Below, in pieces: positions 1 to 10,221 of a stretch of DNA of 64,000 bases (the first letter of the stretch is position 1; every line of letters begins with the position of its first letter). The notes beneath the pieces were generated by a model. It did no database searches, had not been told where the DNA came from, and saw nothing but the letters and a program-made list of their open reading frames with translations. Made by a program: the position numbers and the translations under genes. The stretch lies in NCBI GenBank assembly GCA_031359445.1, contig JANMAE010000071.1, positions 13,029 to 77,028 on the forward strand, given 5' to 3'. This DNA comes from Hyphomicrobiales bacterium. Its GTDB lineage: Bacteria; Pseudomonadota; Alphaproteobacteria; Rhizobiales; Aestuariivirgaceae.

Positions 1-239
1 TAGGTGAGATCAAGATACCAGCCGCACGCCACGTCTCCCGTAAAATCAAAGCTGCGCGAAGCCTCCCAGTCGAGTTCCGCCACCCACCGCGCATCATATT
101 CGTGGCAGCCCACATAGGGGTGTTCAATGATCCCAGCCGCAATCAGTGCCGAATGCACATCGCCCGGAACAGCATAATCGGCCGCATGTCCGCCCGTCGT
201 GCTGCGCAAGAACCATGTGCCCGCAAGATCTATCATCAT
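1..239 (-). CDS. Glycoside hydrolase family 2 (beta-mannosidase-like). Only the N-terminal 79 codons are present; the gene runs off the window start.
   Basis: My own reverse-strand translation from the ATG at 239 gives MMIDLAGTWFLRSTTGGHAADYAVPGDVHSALIAAGIIEHPYVGCHEYDARWVAELDWEASRSFDF..., open to position 1. The VPG-V-SAL-AG-I--PY-G--E-D--W pattern is typical of GH2 beta-mannosidase N-termini. The gene starts 4 nt after the stop of the upstream ABC ATPase. It is absent from the ORF track because it has no stop in the window. Confidence 0.6.
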   Translation of the reverse strand, partial: MMIDLAGTWFLRSTTGGHAADYAVPGDVHSALIAAGIIEHPYVGCHEYDARWVAELDWEASRSFDFTGDVACGWYLDLT

Positions 240-243
240 GGAA

Positions 244-1347
244 TTAGAGCCGCTCACTTGTTTCCGCGTCAAAGACCGAAGCAAGCCCTACCCGGAATTT
301 GATTTTGATCTTCTCGCCCGGCTTGTAGGTTTGGCTGGATTCCACGCGCGCCGAAAGAATGTGATCGGCAAGCTTCAACCACACGAGGCTGTCTGATCCC
401 ATGGGCTCCACCAGGTCAACACTCGCATCGAAGGCATCGGAAAGCCCAGTCTCATTGCCGGCATTGATGCGGATATGTTCCGGCCGCGCGCCGAAAACCA
501 CCTGCTGGCCTGGCGCAAGCCGGCCTATGGCGGCATAGGCCTTAAGTGCCAGCTTGCCTTTGCCGATGGCCAGCGATGGTGCCGCAGCTGTACCGCCAAT
601 TTCCCCCTTGATGAAATTCATTGTGGGCGAGCCAATGAAACTGGCGACATAGAGATTGCGCGGTTCATTATAAATAACTTGCGGATCATCCAGTTGCTGG
701 ATCACGCCACCCTTCATCACCGCCACGCGGTCAGCCAGCGTCAACGCCTCGATCTGGTCATGCGTGACATAGATCATGGTATTGCCCAGCCTCTGGTGCA
801 GGCGCTTGATTTCCACGCGGAGTTCCGCGCGCAGCTTGGCATCAAGGTTGGAAAGGGGTTCATCGAAGAGGAATACATCGACATCCCGCACCAGCGCCCG
901 GCCAATGGCGACACGCTGCCGCTGGCCACCGGAAAGTGCGGTGGGCTTCCTCTGCAACAATTCGCCCAGTTGCAGCATGTCGGCCGCACGCTTCACGCGC
1001 TTGTCGATTTCTTCCTTGGGAAGTCCTGCCACGCGCAGGCCAAACGACAGGTTTCTTTCAACCGTCATCTGCGGATAAAGCGCATATGACTGGAAAACCA
1101 TGCCGATGCCGCGATCCTTGGGCTCCTCCCAAGTCACATTCTTGCCATTGATGAACACGCGGCCTTCACTGGGCTCCAGAAGCCCCGCGATGCAATTCAG
1201 CAGCGTGGATTTCCCGCAGCCCGAAGGCCCCAGCAACACAATGAATTCGCCATGGGCAATATCGAGATTGAGTTCCTTGAGCACCGAGATGGCACCATAG
1301 CTCAGCGCCAGCCCCTGTACCGAAACGCTGGGTGAATTTGCTTTCAT
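244..1347 (-). CDS. Sugar ABC transporter ATP-binding protein (MalK/UgpC family)
   Basis: Walker A GPSGCGKST, signature LSGGQRQR, Walker B LFDEPLSNLD, and a C-terminal MalK-like regulatory domain. Confidence 0.9.
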   Translation of the reverse strand: MKANSPSVSVQGLALSYGAISVLKELNLDIAHGEFIVLLGPSGCGKSTLLNCIAGLLEPSEGRVFINGKNVTWEEPKDRGIGMVFQSYALYPQMTVERNLSFGLRVAGLPKEEIDKRVKRAADMLQLGELLQRKPTALSGGQRQRVAIGRALVRDVDVFLFDEPLSNLDAKLRAELRVEIKRLHQRLGNTMIYVTHDQIEALTLADRVAVMKGGVIQQLDDPQVIYNEPRNLYVASFIGSPTMNFIKGEIGGTAAAPSLAIGKGKLALKAYAAIGRLAPGQQVVFGARPEHIRINAGNETGLSDAFDASVDLVEPMGSDSLVWLKLADHILSARVESSQTYKPGEKIKIKFRVGLASVFDAETSERL

Positions 1348-1351
1348 GTCA

Positions 1352-2248
1352 TCAACCCTTCACCGCGCCAGCCGCAATGCCGCGCACGAAATACTTGCCA
1401 GATAGAAAATAGATGACCAGTGGGATCGACCCTGTTAGCAAGGTGGCGGCCATTTCCACGTTGTATTCCTTTACGCCCATGGAGGACGTGAATATATTGT
1501 TGAGTTTCACGGTCATTGGGTAATTGTTTGGCCCGGCAAAAACCACGCCGAAGAGAAAGTCGTTCCAGATGCCAGTGACCTGGAGGATCACCGCCACCGT
1601 TAAGATCGGAAGCGACATCGGGACGAACACCTGCAGAAGAATGCGCCAGAATCCGGCACCGTCGACACGCGCCGCCTTAAACAACTCGACCGGCAGTGAT
1701 GCGAAATAATTTCGGAACAGCAAGGTGAGGATAGGTAAGCCAAACACGGTATGCACAAAAATTACAGCATAAAGCGTGGAGTAGATGCCCATGTTCTTGG
1801 TGAGCAACACCATCGGGTAAAGCATTACCTGATAAGGCACGAATGAGCCAATGATAAGTATGGCAAAAAACACTTCTGAAAACCGGAAAGGCCAGTTGTT
1901 TAGGGCATAACCTGTGGTGATGGCGACAGAGATAGACACTATAACGGATGGTATGGTGATGATCACCGAGTTCATGAAATTGGGATGAATGCCCCGGCAA
2001 TCGAGTCCTGTGCACACTTCAAACCAAGCACGATACCACGCATTGAAAGTAGGATGGGCGCCGGGGAAAAAAATGTTGCCATCGCGGATCTGATCGAGAT
2101 TCTTTAGCGAGGTGATTATGACGATGTATAGGGGAAACAGGAAATAGAGCGCTGTTAGGATCAGAAAGCCATAGACGATAGTACCTTCCCAAGACAGCCA
2201 CGGACGCGGCTTGGGCCCGCTGGGTTCGATGTCGGAAATGGTGGTCAT
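1352..2248 (-). CDS. Carbohydrate ABC transporter permease (MalG-like)
   Basis: Multi-TM protein with the EAA-type loop AARVDGAGFWRILLQVFVPM. Its start overlaps the upstream permease stop by 4 nt. Confidence 0.9.
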   Translation of the reverse strand: MTTISDIEPSGPKPRPWLSWEGTIVYGFLILTALYFLFPLYIVIITSLKNLDQIRDGNIFFPGAHPTFNAWYRAWFEVCTGLDCRGIHPNFMNSVIITIPSVIVSISVAITTGYALNNWPFRFSEVFFAILIIGSFVPYQVMLYPMVLLTKNMGIYSTLYAVIFVHTVFGLPILTLLFRNYFASLPVELFKAARVDGAGFWRILLQVFVPMSLPILTVAVILQVTGIWNDFLFGVVFAGPNNYPMTVKLNNIFTSSMGVKEYNVEMAATLLTGSIPLVIYFLSGKYFVRGIAAGAVKG

Positions 2249-3510
2249 CGCACTTGCCTGTTCTTGACGAATTCAACGTAAATCCATGGTGTCAGGATGA
2301 CGGCGGAAGTAAGCAGCATGACAGTGGACGCTGCCAGACCTTGCCCGATACCGCCTTGGAAAAGATATTGATAGACATATTGAGCGGGCACTTTGGAAGA
2401 GGTGCCAGGGCCGCCATCGGTTAGGGCAACCACAATATCGTAAACCCGCACGCAGCCAGACGCGACGATCACGAATGTTGTGATGAGAACTGGTCGCATC
2501 ATGGGGAGGACAATCTGAATGTAGGTGCGCCATTTGGGAATGCCATCAACCCGCGCTGCTTTCCAAATATCATCATCAATGCCACGCAGGCCGGCCAGCA
2601 TTAGCGCCATGACAAGGCCCGTGCCCTGCCATACTGCCGCAATCACCACGGCATAGATCGAACGATCTACATTCACCAGCCAGTCGAAGGAAAAACTTGT
2701 CCAACCCAACTGTCGCATGGATTTCTCCAATCCATATTCGGGAGAAAGGATCCATGCCCAAACATGTCCCGTCACGATGAAAGACAGCGCGAATGGGTAA
2801 AGATAAATCGTGCGGAAAACACCCTCCGCCCTGATCTTCTGGTCCATGAAAACTGCGATGACAAAGCCGAGGACAAATTCAATGCTGGTGACGAATATCA
2901 GGTAAATCGCGGCATTCTTGCACGCTGTCCACCAAACGTCGGCGCCAAAAAGTCGGTAATATTGCTTCAGGCCGACGAAATTATTGAAAAGGGGAAATGT
3001 CTTGGCATCGGAGAATGAATAGGAAATCGTCCAAAGACTGCACCCTATGAAAGCGAACAGCACGATGAACATCATGGGGATGGAGGCGATCTTGGAACTG
3101 AAATTGCGATACGGGGCATTCCACACGCCCGCCCCAATAATAACACCCACGAGTCCCGTGCTGACTGTCTTCCAGACTTGATCGGCACCTTCCTGCGAGA
3201 TCCATGCACCCCCGGAATACCACGCGAGCCAGGCAGAAAGCGCTGCAAGCAGCAAAGTGGCAAACATGACAAGCTTTGGCCAGAAGAGGCGGAAGGGGAC
3301 ATCAACAATGGCCGAAACAGCAACAAGGCCAGCTGTCAGCATAAAAGGCTGGATGACCCCAATATAAGCAAACGGCCAATCAAAAGTGACGGCCAGGAGC
3401 GCCAGGATTACCACCAGACTAGCGATGCCTATTCTCACGTTCTTGGTGAATGCGGGCTGAAAATGCGGTCCAGCCCCTCTATTAATTTGTGACAATTCGA
3501 TGCTGCTCAT
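2245..3510 (-). CDS. Carbohydrate ABC transporter permease (MalF-like) with about 130 aa of extra N-terminal TM segments
   Basis: EAA loop AARVDGIPKWRTYIQIVLPM. The N-terminal extension is hydrophobic. Confidence 0.85.
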   Translation of the reverse strand: MSSIELSQINRGAGPHFQPAFTKNVRIGIASLVVILALLAVTFDWPFAYIGVIQPFMLTAGLVAVSAIVDVPFRLFWPKLVMFATLLLAALSAWLAWYSGGAWISQEGADQVWKTVSTGLVGVIIGAGVWNAPYRNFSSKIASIPMMFIVLFAFIGCSLWTISYSFSDAKTFPLFNNFVGLKQYYRLFGADVWWTACKNAAIYLIFVTSIEFVLGFVIAVFMDQKIRAEGVFRTIYLYPFALSFIVTGHVWAWILSPEYGLEKSMRQLGWTSFSFDWLVNVDRSIYAVVIAAVWQGTGLVMALMLAGLRGIDDDIWKAARVDGIPKWRTYIQIVLPMMRPVLITTFVIVASGCVRVYDIVVALTDGGPGTSSKVPAQYVYQYLFQGGIGQGLAASTVMLLTSAVILTPWIYVEFVKNRQVR

Positions 3511-3542
3511 ATCAGCCCGCCAGACGGTTCATAATGCAGCTG

Positions 3543-3567
3543 TTCCGGCGGAGTGATTCCGCCGGAA
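3543..3567 (-). terminator. Intercistronic stem-loop between the binding-protein and permease genes (mRNA stabiliser or partial terminator)
   Basis: Perfect 10-bp inverted repeat TTCCGGCGGA / TCCGCCGGAA with a 5-nt loop. There is no clear U-tract. Confidence 0.45.
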
Positions 3568-3590
3568 GTTATTGCATAACGAAAGTAAGG

Positions 3591-4838
3591 TTACATCTTC
3601 GGTGCGTTTTTTATGACGTCGACAAATTTTGCTTGCACATCTTCAGGCTTCATGTCTGGCTTCGAGAAGAAATCCGTCAAGAGATCGCCGATTTGAGTGA
3701 GGCTGTCGGCATCAAGCATCTGGCGGTCAGAAGGCAAGCTCACCTTGCTGTGATCCAGAATGTCGAGACCCTTCTTCATACAGTCGTTTGCAGCCGAAAG
3801 GTCCACATCCGGGCGCATGGGTAGCGAACCCTTCTTCAGGTTGAAGGCAACCTGCACTTCCGGCATCAAAAGCGTCTCGGCCATCTTAAGCTGGGCGGCG
3901 TGCACAGCAGGATCCTTGTTCAGCGGGAAGTAGAACACGTCACCACCGGTGTCGAGTGCTGGCGCTAGACCGAGGCCGGGCAGACAGTCATAATCTTTGC
4001 CGGCAACCATTTTAGCCACCTGGAATTCACCGCCGGCCCAATCACCCATTACATTGGATGCAGCCTTGCCGTTGATTACGAGGCCCACGGCTTCGTTCCA
4101 CTGTTTGGTGATCTGCTTGACATCCACAAGAGCGCGTGCCTCGCCAATCTGCTGGAAAACCTTGGTAAACTCAGGCGAGGCAGCGAGTTCCACGTCGCGG
4201 TCCTTCATGACCTTGACATAGTTGTCAACGCCGGCAAACGCGATGATCAGGTCATTCACCAGCAGGCGCACGGCCCAGCCCTGCGCGAGCGACAAGGGCT
4301 GAATTCCCATTTCCTTAAGCTTGGGAGCAGCGGCAATGAGATCGTTGATGTTCTTTGGCGGCTCGATACCGGCGTCCGTGAACACCTTGCGGTTCGTCCA
4401 CATCCACTGGGCCGAATGCAGGTTCACCGGAACACACCAGACTTTTCCGTCAACGGTGCAGGATGCGAGCTGGCTCTTTGGGCGCAGGATTTCATCCCAT
4501 TTTCCAGCCTTGGCCACATCTGTAAGGTCGGTCATAAGGCCGGCCTTTATCAACTCGTCGGCGTCATGGCCCGGATTGAGCTGTGTGGCGCCCATGGGGT
4601 TGCCGCCAAGGATGCGGGAAATGATAATGGGGCGGGCCACGTCGCCTGAACCGGCAATGGCACCATCCACCCATTTATTGCCCGTGGCATCAAATGCCTT
4701 GGCAAATTCCGCAACAGCAGCAGCTTCACCGCCAGAGGTCCACCAATGCGTTACTTCAAGATCTGTAGCATGGGCAGCGCCCGTGAAAGCCATGGATACG
4801 GTCGCTGCAAAAGCTGCAGCCATTGACTTGTATTTCAT
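3591..4838 (-). CDS. ABC transporter periplasmic sugar-binding protein
   Basis: Signal peptide MKYKSMAAAFAATVSMAFTGAAHA. First gene of the operon. I chose the ATG at 4838 because GGAGGA lies 6 nt upstream; the ORF track begins at 4853. Confidence 0.85.
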   Translation of the reverse strand: MKYKSMAAAFAATVSMAFTGAAHATDLEVTHWWTSGGEAAAVAEFAKAFDATGNKWVDGAIAGSGDVARPIIISRILGGNPMGATQLNPGHDADELIKAGLMTDLTDVAKAGKWDEILRPKSQLASCTVDGKVWCVPVNLHSAQWMWTNRKVFTDAGIEPPKNINDLIAAAPKLKEMGIQPLSLAQGWAVRLLVNDLIIAFAGVDNYVKVMKDRDVELAASPEFTKVFQQIGEARALVDVKQITKQWNEAVGLVINGKAASNVMGDWAGGEFQVAKMVAGKDYDCLPGLGLAPALDTGGDVFYFPLNKDPAVHAAQLKMAETLLMPEVQVAFNLKKGSLPMRPDVDLSAANDCMKKGLDILDHSKVSLPSDRQMLDADSLTQIGDLLTDFFSKPDMKPEDVQAKFVDVIKNAPKM

Positions 4839-4876
4839 TTTTATTCCTCCCATTTTTTTTAGTCAGCAAAATAAAT

Positions 4877-6100
4877 CTAGATCAAAAATTTTTCTTCCGC
4901 AATGGCGCTGTTCGCTGATCTCAGCAGCTTCTCCAGGTAATGATGGCCTATGCCGAACTCGGTTTTGGTGCTGTCAATCGCGGCCTCAAGCACGCGGAGC
5001 TCTGGCGCGGAGCGTGACCTCGACAATTTCGTGGCCACGATCATGACATTTTTTGGCGTATGCGCATCACCAATGAATTCAAACAGGTTGGTGCGGTAAC
5101 CCGCAAGCTCCAGGAGCTGCGCCCGCATGCCATCGGTCACCATCTCCGCAAGGCGCTCCGCATAGGTCCCGTATTTCACCAGGAACTCAAGCTCCGGCGC
5201 GATCCTGCCCTTTTCCATCTCGCGGCGGATCTGCTTGTGGCAACAGGGCGCAACGACAATCAGCTCCGCCTGCGCCTTTACCGCCTTGCCGATGGCATCA
5301 TCTGTTGCTGTGTCGCAGGCATGGAGTGCTATGACAACATCGGCGCCTGTGCAATTGTGCTGCGAGATGCTGCCTTGTTCAAAGCGCAGTCCGGTAAAAC
5401 CGGAAGACGTCGCTATTTCATTGCTTGCTGTCACAAGCTGGGAACGAAGCTCCACACCCACAACCTCCGCCCGCAGCCCTAAATTGTTCACGAGATGGTC
5501 GTAGAGGGCAAAGGTCAGGTAGCCTTTGCCAGCACCCATGTCGACCACATGCAAAACCTCGCGGGGAGCCAGTTGCTTCACCAACCCATCCAGAATTTCA
5601 ATGTATTTGTTGATCTGGCGAAATTTGTCCTGCGAATTCTTATGAACCTGCCCCTGCGCATCTGTAAGGCCCAGCCTGTGCAGATAGGCTTTGCCGGCAG
5701 TTTCAATGAGCCTGACTTTCGCGCGGTTGTGCGTGAGTTCCGGTAGAGATGTGTGAGTGGCGGGTGCTGTGGAGAGAACGAATTTTTCTCCTTGCCGTGA
5801 AAGCAACACATCTTGCTGTATTGTATAGAGGCGCGCTGCCTGGAACAGGGCGGTGAGCAGCTCTTCGAGAAGTGCTACACTTTCTTCGACCGCATGGTTT
5901 TTGACGATGTCATGCGTCTTGTGGTGATAGGTGAAGCTTATTTTCTCCACTCCCCGCGCCATGATCAAACGCGCATCTACAGCCTTGAGATCATTTGCAA
6001 GGGGGGAAGGTTTCCGCAGTTCAAACCCCACAAAAGCCCGCTTTGCCAAGGCATCGCGAAATGCGTCAAGCCACGCCGACAGTTGGGAGATTTCGGTCAT
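4877..6100 (-). CDS. SAM-dependent methyltransferase (Methyltransf_32-like family)
   Basis: SAM-binding motif VVDMGAGKGYLTF, followed by ALHACDTATDDAI and VAPCCH motifs. Confidence 0.65.
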   Translation of the reverse strand: MTEISQLSAWLDAFRDALAKRAFVGFELRKPSPLANDLKAVDARLIMARGVEKISFTYHHKTHDIVKNHAVEESVALLEELLTALFQAARLYTIQQDVLLSRQGEKFVLSTAPATHTSLPELTHNRAKVRLIETAGKAYLHRLGLTDAQGQVHKNSQDKFRQINKYIEILDGLVKQLAPREVLHVVDMGAGKGYLTFALYDHLVNNLGLRAEVVGVELRSQLVTASNEIATSSGFTGLRFEQGSISQHNCTGADVVIALHACDTATDDAIGKAVKAQAELIVVAPCCHKQIRREMEKGRIAPELEFLVKYGTYAERLAEMVTDGMRAQLLELAGYRTNLFEFIGDAHTPKNVMIVATKLSRSRSAPELRVLEAAIDSTKTEFGIGHHYLEKLLRSANSAIAEEKFLI

Positions 6101-6219
6101 GAAAGCTCGATAAACGCATCATCCGCATCTGGCAAGGCGATGTTGTATTTGCCGCGGGTGGGAACGAACGCGCGTTTTGAATGTTTATCCAATTGGCGTG
6201 GAACAACACGGAGTATCCC

Positions 6220-8319
6220 ATGGACAAGTCATCGGAAATTGAAAAAGTTACAGGAAAGGGCGGCGAAACCCATCAGCAGGTGCCTGCCAAAACCGATCAT
6301 CAAGCGGGACACGCTCATCTCACGACAAATCAGGGCATCCATGTTTCGGATAACCAGAACAGCCTGCGGTCCGGCACGAGAGGCCCCACGCTGCTGGAAG
6401 ATTTTGTTCTCCGCGAGAAGATATTCCATTTCGATCATGAGCGCATTCCAGAACGCATCGTCCATGCCAGGGGTTCTGCTGCCCATGGATATTTTGAACT
6501 TTATGAATCCCTCGCTGATATCACGTCAGCCGACCTGTTCCAGAGGAAGGGTGAGAAAACGCCTCTATTCACCCGCTTCTCGACCGTAGCCGGTGGGGCG
6601 GGATCCGTGGATACGCCACGCGACGTGCGTGGCTTTGCCGTCAAATTCTATACCAAGCAGGGCAACTGGGATCTGGTGGGCAACAACATTCCGGTATTTT
6701 TCATCCAGGATGCCATCAAATTCCCGGATCTGGTTCACGCTGTAAAAATGGAAGCCAACACCGGCTATCCACAGGCGGGTTCAGCCCATGACACCTTCTG
6801 GGACTGGGCCTCGTTGATGCCGGAAACCTCCCATATGTTGATGTGGGCCATGTCGGATCGCACCATTCCGCGCTCGCTGCGGATGATGGAAGGTTTTGGC
6901 ATTCACACCTTCCGGCTGGTCAACGCCCAAGGAAAATCCACACTTGTCAAATTCCATTGGAAGCCCAAGCTCGGCCTGCAGTCCACCGTTTGGGAAGAGG
7001 CGCTCAAACTTCAGGCCGCTGACAATGACTATCATCGCCGCGATTTGCATGAAGCAATAGCAGGGGGAAATTTCCCCGAATGGGAACTGGGCTTGCAGCT
7101 CTTTGATGAAAAGCTCGCAGAGGAGCTTCCCTACGACATATTGGATGCGACCAAACTCATTCCTGAAGAAGTGGTGCCCATTCGTATCGTGGGCCGCATG
7201 GTTCTGGATCGCAACCCGGACAACTTCTTTGCCGAGACCGAGCAGGTGGCGTTTTGCCCTGCCAATATTGTGCCAGGCGTAGACTTCTCGAATGATCCAC
7301 TGCTCCAGGGCAGGCTTTTCAGTTACCTTGACACCCAGAAATCCCGTTTGGGCACGGCTAATTTCCATCAGCTTCCCATCAATGCGCCGAAGTGCCCCGT
7401 GATGAATTTCCAGCGCGATGGACAAATGCAGATGATGGTGCCCAAGGGCCGGGCAAATTATGAGCCGAACAGTCTGGGTGAAAATGGTGAGCCTCAAGGC
7501 CCGCGCGAATGCCCGATGACAGGTTTCTCGACCTTTGCAAAGGCCGATACAGCCAAGCAAGAGCAGGGCGACAAGCTTCGGGTTCGCGCGGAATTATTTG
7601 CCGATCACTACACTCAGGCCAGGCTCTTCTGGATATCCCAAACGCCTGATGAACAGGCCCACATCGCCTCATCTTTTGTGTTCGAGCTTTCCAAGGTGGC
7701 ACTTTCCGCCGTGCCCCCACGCATGGTGGCAAACCTGCGCAATGTCGATGAAACCCTGGCCAAGCGCGTGGCCGATGGTTTGGGCATCGCGTTGCCAAAG
7801 AAGTCCAAAGCGGCCCGCGAGCCGGTGGACTTGGAGAAATCACCTGCGCTCAGCATTCATCAGAACATGAAGGACACGCTTGAAGGCCGTGTGGTGGGTG
7901 TGCTGATATCCGATGGCTCCGATGGCGCATCCCTCAAGAAGCTGAAAGCAGATGTGGAAGCAGCCGGTGCAACGATCTTTGTAGTGTCTCCAAAAGTAGG
8001 CGGCGCCACCCTGGCAGATGGGAAACCCATGAAGGCTGATGGCCAGCTCATGGGTTCGCCCTCGCAACTCTTCGATGCGGTAGCCGTGATCCTCAAGGAG
8101 GAAGCAGCCAAGAAACTTTGCAATGAGGGCGCAGCCGTTCAATGGGTAATGGATGCCTATGGGCACCTCAAGGCAATTGGCCATGACGCAGGAGCAAAGG
8201 CCCTGATCGACCGCGCCGGCATAAAGCCTGATGAAGGTGTGGTAAAGGTGGATGCCCTTGTGCCAGCCGCCAAGCGCCGCTTCTGGGCAAGGGAAAAGAA
8301 TGTGCGCATGCTGGCCTGA
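6220..8319 (+). CDS. katE: Catalase HPII (large-subunit, monofunctional)
   Basis: Catalase core motifs [20 protein letters not shown] and RLFSYLDTQ, about 700 aa, with a C-terminal DJ-1/PfpI-like domain. The ATG at 6220 is preceded by GGAG. Confidence 0.95.
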   Translation: MDKSSEIEKVTGKGGETHQQVPAKTDHQAGHAHLTTNQGIHVSDNQNSLRSGTRGPTLLEDFVLREKIFHFDHERIPERIVHARGSAAHGYFELYESLADITSADLFQRKGEKTPLFTRFSTVAGGAGSVDTPRDVRGFAVKFYTKQGNWDLVGNNIPVFFIQDAIKFPDLVHAVKMEANTGYPQAGSAHDTFWDWASLMPETSHMLMWAMSDRTIPRSLRMMEGFGIHTFRLVNAQGKSTLVKFHWKPKLGLQSTVWEEALKLQAADNDYHRRDLHEAIAGGNFPEWELGLQLFDEKLAEELPYDILDATKLIPEEVVPIRIVGRMVLDRNPDNFFAETEQVAFCPANIVPGVDFSNDPLLQGRLFSYLDTQKSRLGTANFHQLPINAPKCPVMNFQRDGQMQMMVPKGRANYEPNSLGENGEPQGPRECPMTGFSTFAKADTAKQEQGDKLRVRAELFADHYTQARLFWISQTPDEQAHIASSFVFELSKVALSAVPPRMVANLRNVDETLAKRVADGLGIALPKKSKAAREPVDLEKSPALSIHQNMKDTLEGRVVGVLISDGSDGASLKKLKADVEAAGATIFVVSPKVGGATLADGKPMKADGQLMGSPSQLFDAVAVILKEEAAKKLCNEGAAVQWVMDAYGHLKAIGHDAGAKALIDRAGIKPDEGVVKVDALVPAAKRRFWAREKNVRMLA

Positions 8320-8322
8320 CCA

Positions 8323-9960
8323 TCAGGTTGCGGGCAACCGGTAATCCTTGAAACGCTCGCGCAGCGTGAGCTTCGAGATCTTGCCGGTTGCCGTATGTGG
8401 GATTTCATCCACGAAGGCCACGTCATCGGGCATCCACCACTTCGCGATTTTGCCGTTCATATGCGACAGAATCTGCTCGCGCGTGACCTCTTCACCCGGC
8501 TTCTTCACCACAACGAGCAGCGGGCGTTCATCCCATTTGGCATGCGGCAAACCGATGGCCGCAGCTTCCGCCACACCAGCGCACCCCAGTGCCGCGTTTT
8601 CAAGGTCAATGGAAGAAATCCACTCACCACCGGATTTTATCACATCCTTCGAGCGATCTGTAATCTGCATGAAGCCCCACGCGTCAATGGTGGCAACGTC
8701 GCCCGTATCAAACCAGCCCTCTTCATCAAATGCGGATTGTCCCTCGCCCTTGTAATATCCTCCTGAAATCGCTGGGCCTTTCACCTTCAAGCGGCCAAAG
8801 ACCTGGCCGTCATGGGCAAGCGACTGGTTCTCATCGTCAGTGATCTTCATGTCGATGCCGAAGGCAGGCCGTCCCTGCTTCAGGCGTTTTTTCCATTTAT
8901 CTTCCGCTGGCAGGTCCAGCATGGAGCCCTTGAGCCGACTCATTGTTCCCAAGGGACTCATTTCCGTCATCCCCCAGGCATGGACCACGTCGGTGTCGTA
9001 TTTTTCAACGAAGGCCTTCATCAGCGCTTCAGGACAGGACGAGCCCCCAATGACCACACGGTTGAGATCCGGCAATTTGAGCGCTGGATTCTGTTCGAGA
9101 TATTGCAGCAGCATGAGCCAGACCGTGGGCACCGCCGCGGTCATTGTAACGCGTTCTGTGACCAGCAAATCATAGACCGAGGCGCCATCGAGCTTTGCTC
9201 CCGGCATCACCATTCCGGCACCCGACATGGGACACGAAAACGCCAGCGACCAGGCGTTGGCATGGAACATCGGAACCACCGGCATGATGGTGTCGCAGGA
9301 ATGGATTGCCAGTGCATCCGCTCCCGAAATCGTCATGGCATGCAACACATTGGAGCGATGCGAATACAGTACACCCTTGGGATTGCCAGTTGTTCCGCTG
9401 GTATAGCACAGGCCGCAAGCCGTGTTTTCATCGAACTTGGGCCACACAAAACCGGCGTCTCCCTCTGCCAGAAGCTCCTCATAACACAGAACATTGGAAA
9501 GGCTGGTTTCGGCGGGCATATGCGCCCGGTCGGTCATCACGATATAGCCCTTCACTTTTGGCAATTTGTCCTGCAATTTTTCCAGGAGCGGCAGGAATGT
9601 GAGGTCCGTGAAGATCCACTCATCATCCGCATGGTTGATGATATAAATCAATTGATCGGCAAATAGCCGGGGGTTGAGGGTATGGACAATCGTTCCAAGC
9701 CCCATGAGCCCATACCAGATTTCCATGTGGCGGTAGCCATTCCAGGCAAGCGTCGCAAAGACCGAGCCCTTTTTGGCCTTGAGGGCCTTTTTTGCAGCAC
9801 TTGCAAGCCTGCGGGAGCGCATGTCGAGATCGCGGTAGGTTTCCCTGTGGACGGTGCCTTCAACGGTGCGCGAAACGATTTCCCGTTCGCCATGCCAACG
9901 CGCGGCATGGTCCAGCACGCGGTGCACCAGCAATGGCCAGTCCTGCATAAGACCCTTCAT
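8323..9960 (-). CDS. Acyl-CoA synthetase (AMP-forming fatty-acid--CoA ligase)
   Basis: AMP-binding motif [15 protein letters not shown]..., C-terminal GKISK. I set the start at [11 protein letters not shown] (ATG 9960, GGAGGA upstream). The upstream 74 codons of the ORF look non-coding. Confidence 0.85.
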   Translation of the reverse strand: MKGLMQDWPLLVHRVLDHAARWHGEREIVSRTVEGTVHRETYRDLDMRSRRLASAAKKALKAKKGSVFATLAWNGYRHMEIWYGLMGLGTIVHTLNPRLFADQLIYIINHADDEWIFTDLTFLPLLEKLQDKLPKVKGYIVMTDRAHMPAETSLSNVLCYEELLAEGDAGFVWPKFDENTACGLCYTSGTTGNPKGVLYSHRSNVLHAMTISGADALAIHSCDTIMPVVPMFHANAWSLAFSCPMSGAGMVMPGAKLDGASVYDLLVTERVTMTAAVPTVWLMLLQYLEQNPALKLPDLNRVVIGGSSCPEALMKAFVEKYDTDVVHAWGMTEMSPLGTMSRLKGSMLDLPAEDKWKKRLKQGRPAFGIDMKITDDENQSLAHDGQVFGRLKVKGPAISGGYYKGEGQSAFDEEGWFDTGDVATIDAWGFMQITDRSKDVIKSGGEWISSIDLENAALGCAGVAEAAAIGLPHAKWDERPLLVVVKKPGEEVTREQILSHMNGKIAKWWMPDDVAFVDEIPHTATGKISKLTLRERFKDYRLPAT

Positions 9961-10221
9961 GATATCCTCCCAGATGACGCGCGCCTTGCTATGGCCCGCA
10001 ATCGTTTGCTGCGTAAACATTATCACACCTGCCGCCATTGTCATGCCATCTGCACGGACCACAGTGTTCACGTGACAAGCCGGAAGGGGTGTGGTTAAGC
10101 TTGGGGGGTGAAACCGGATATTAACGTGCATCCGCAGTTGAGGGAGATGAAAGGCAACAGATGGCTGGCTCATGTCGGTCACGCCGTCCGAAATCTAGCT
10201 GGATTTTTCAAGAGGTCCGCG

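Noticed and set aside
475-1089. Long ORFs antisense to clearly assigned genes. Examples: 475-1089, 4321-5046, 6781-7560, 8812-9666, 10468-11016, 15553-16230, 19865-20614, 21369-22022, 31402-31857, 34450-34995, 46727-47260, 49475-50026, 50557-51087, 51219-51869, 60539-61141.
   Set aside because: Each lies opposite a gene with strong family motifs. Their translations are low-complexity and rich in Arg/Ala/Pro/Gly or Cys/His, as expected for shadow frames. None has a recognisable motif or a plausible ribosome-binding site.
10068-10075. The TCACGTGA palindrome in the divergent promoter region between the two acyl-CoA ligase genes, as a possible FadR/TetR-type operator.
   Set aside because: The symmetry covers only 8 bp and does not extend. 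That is too short to distinguish from chance without comparative data.
9961-10182. N-terminal extensions of ORF-track entries: 8323-10182, 10108-11937, 22503-23849, 55207-57039, 43134-44207, 6181-8319.
   Set aside because: The extensions have no family similarity, overlap neighbouring genes, terminators or promoter regions, and downstream in-frame starts with Shine-Dalgarno sequences give N-termini typical for the families. I trimmed the gene starts accordingly, though the starts remain estimates.
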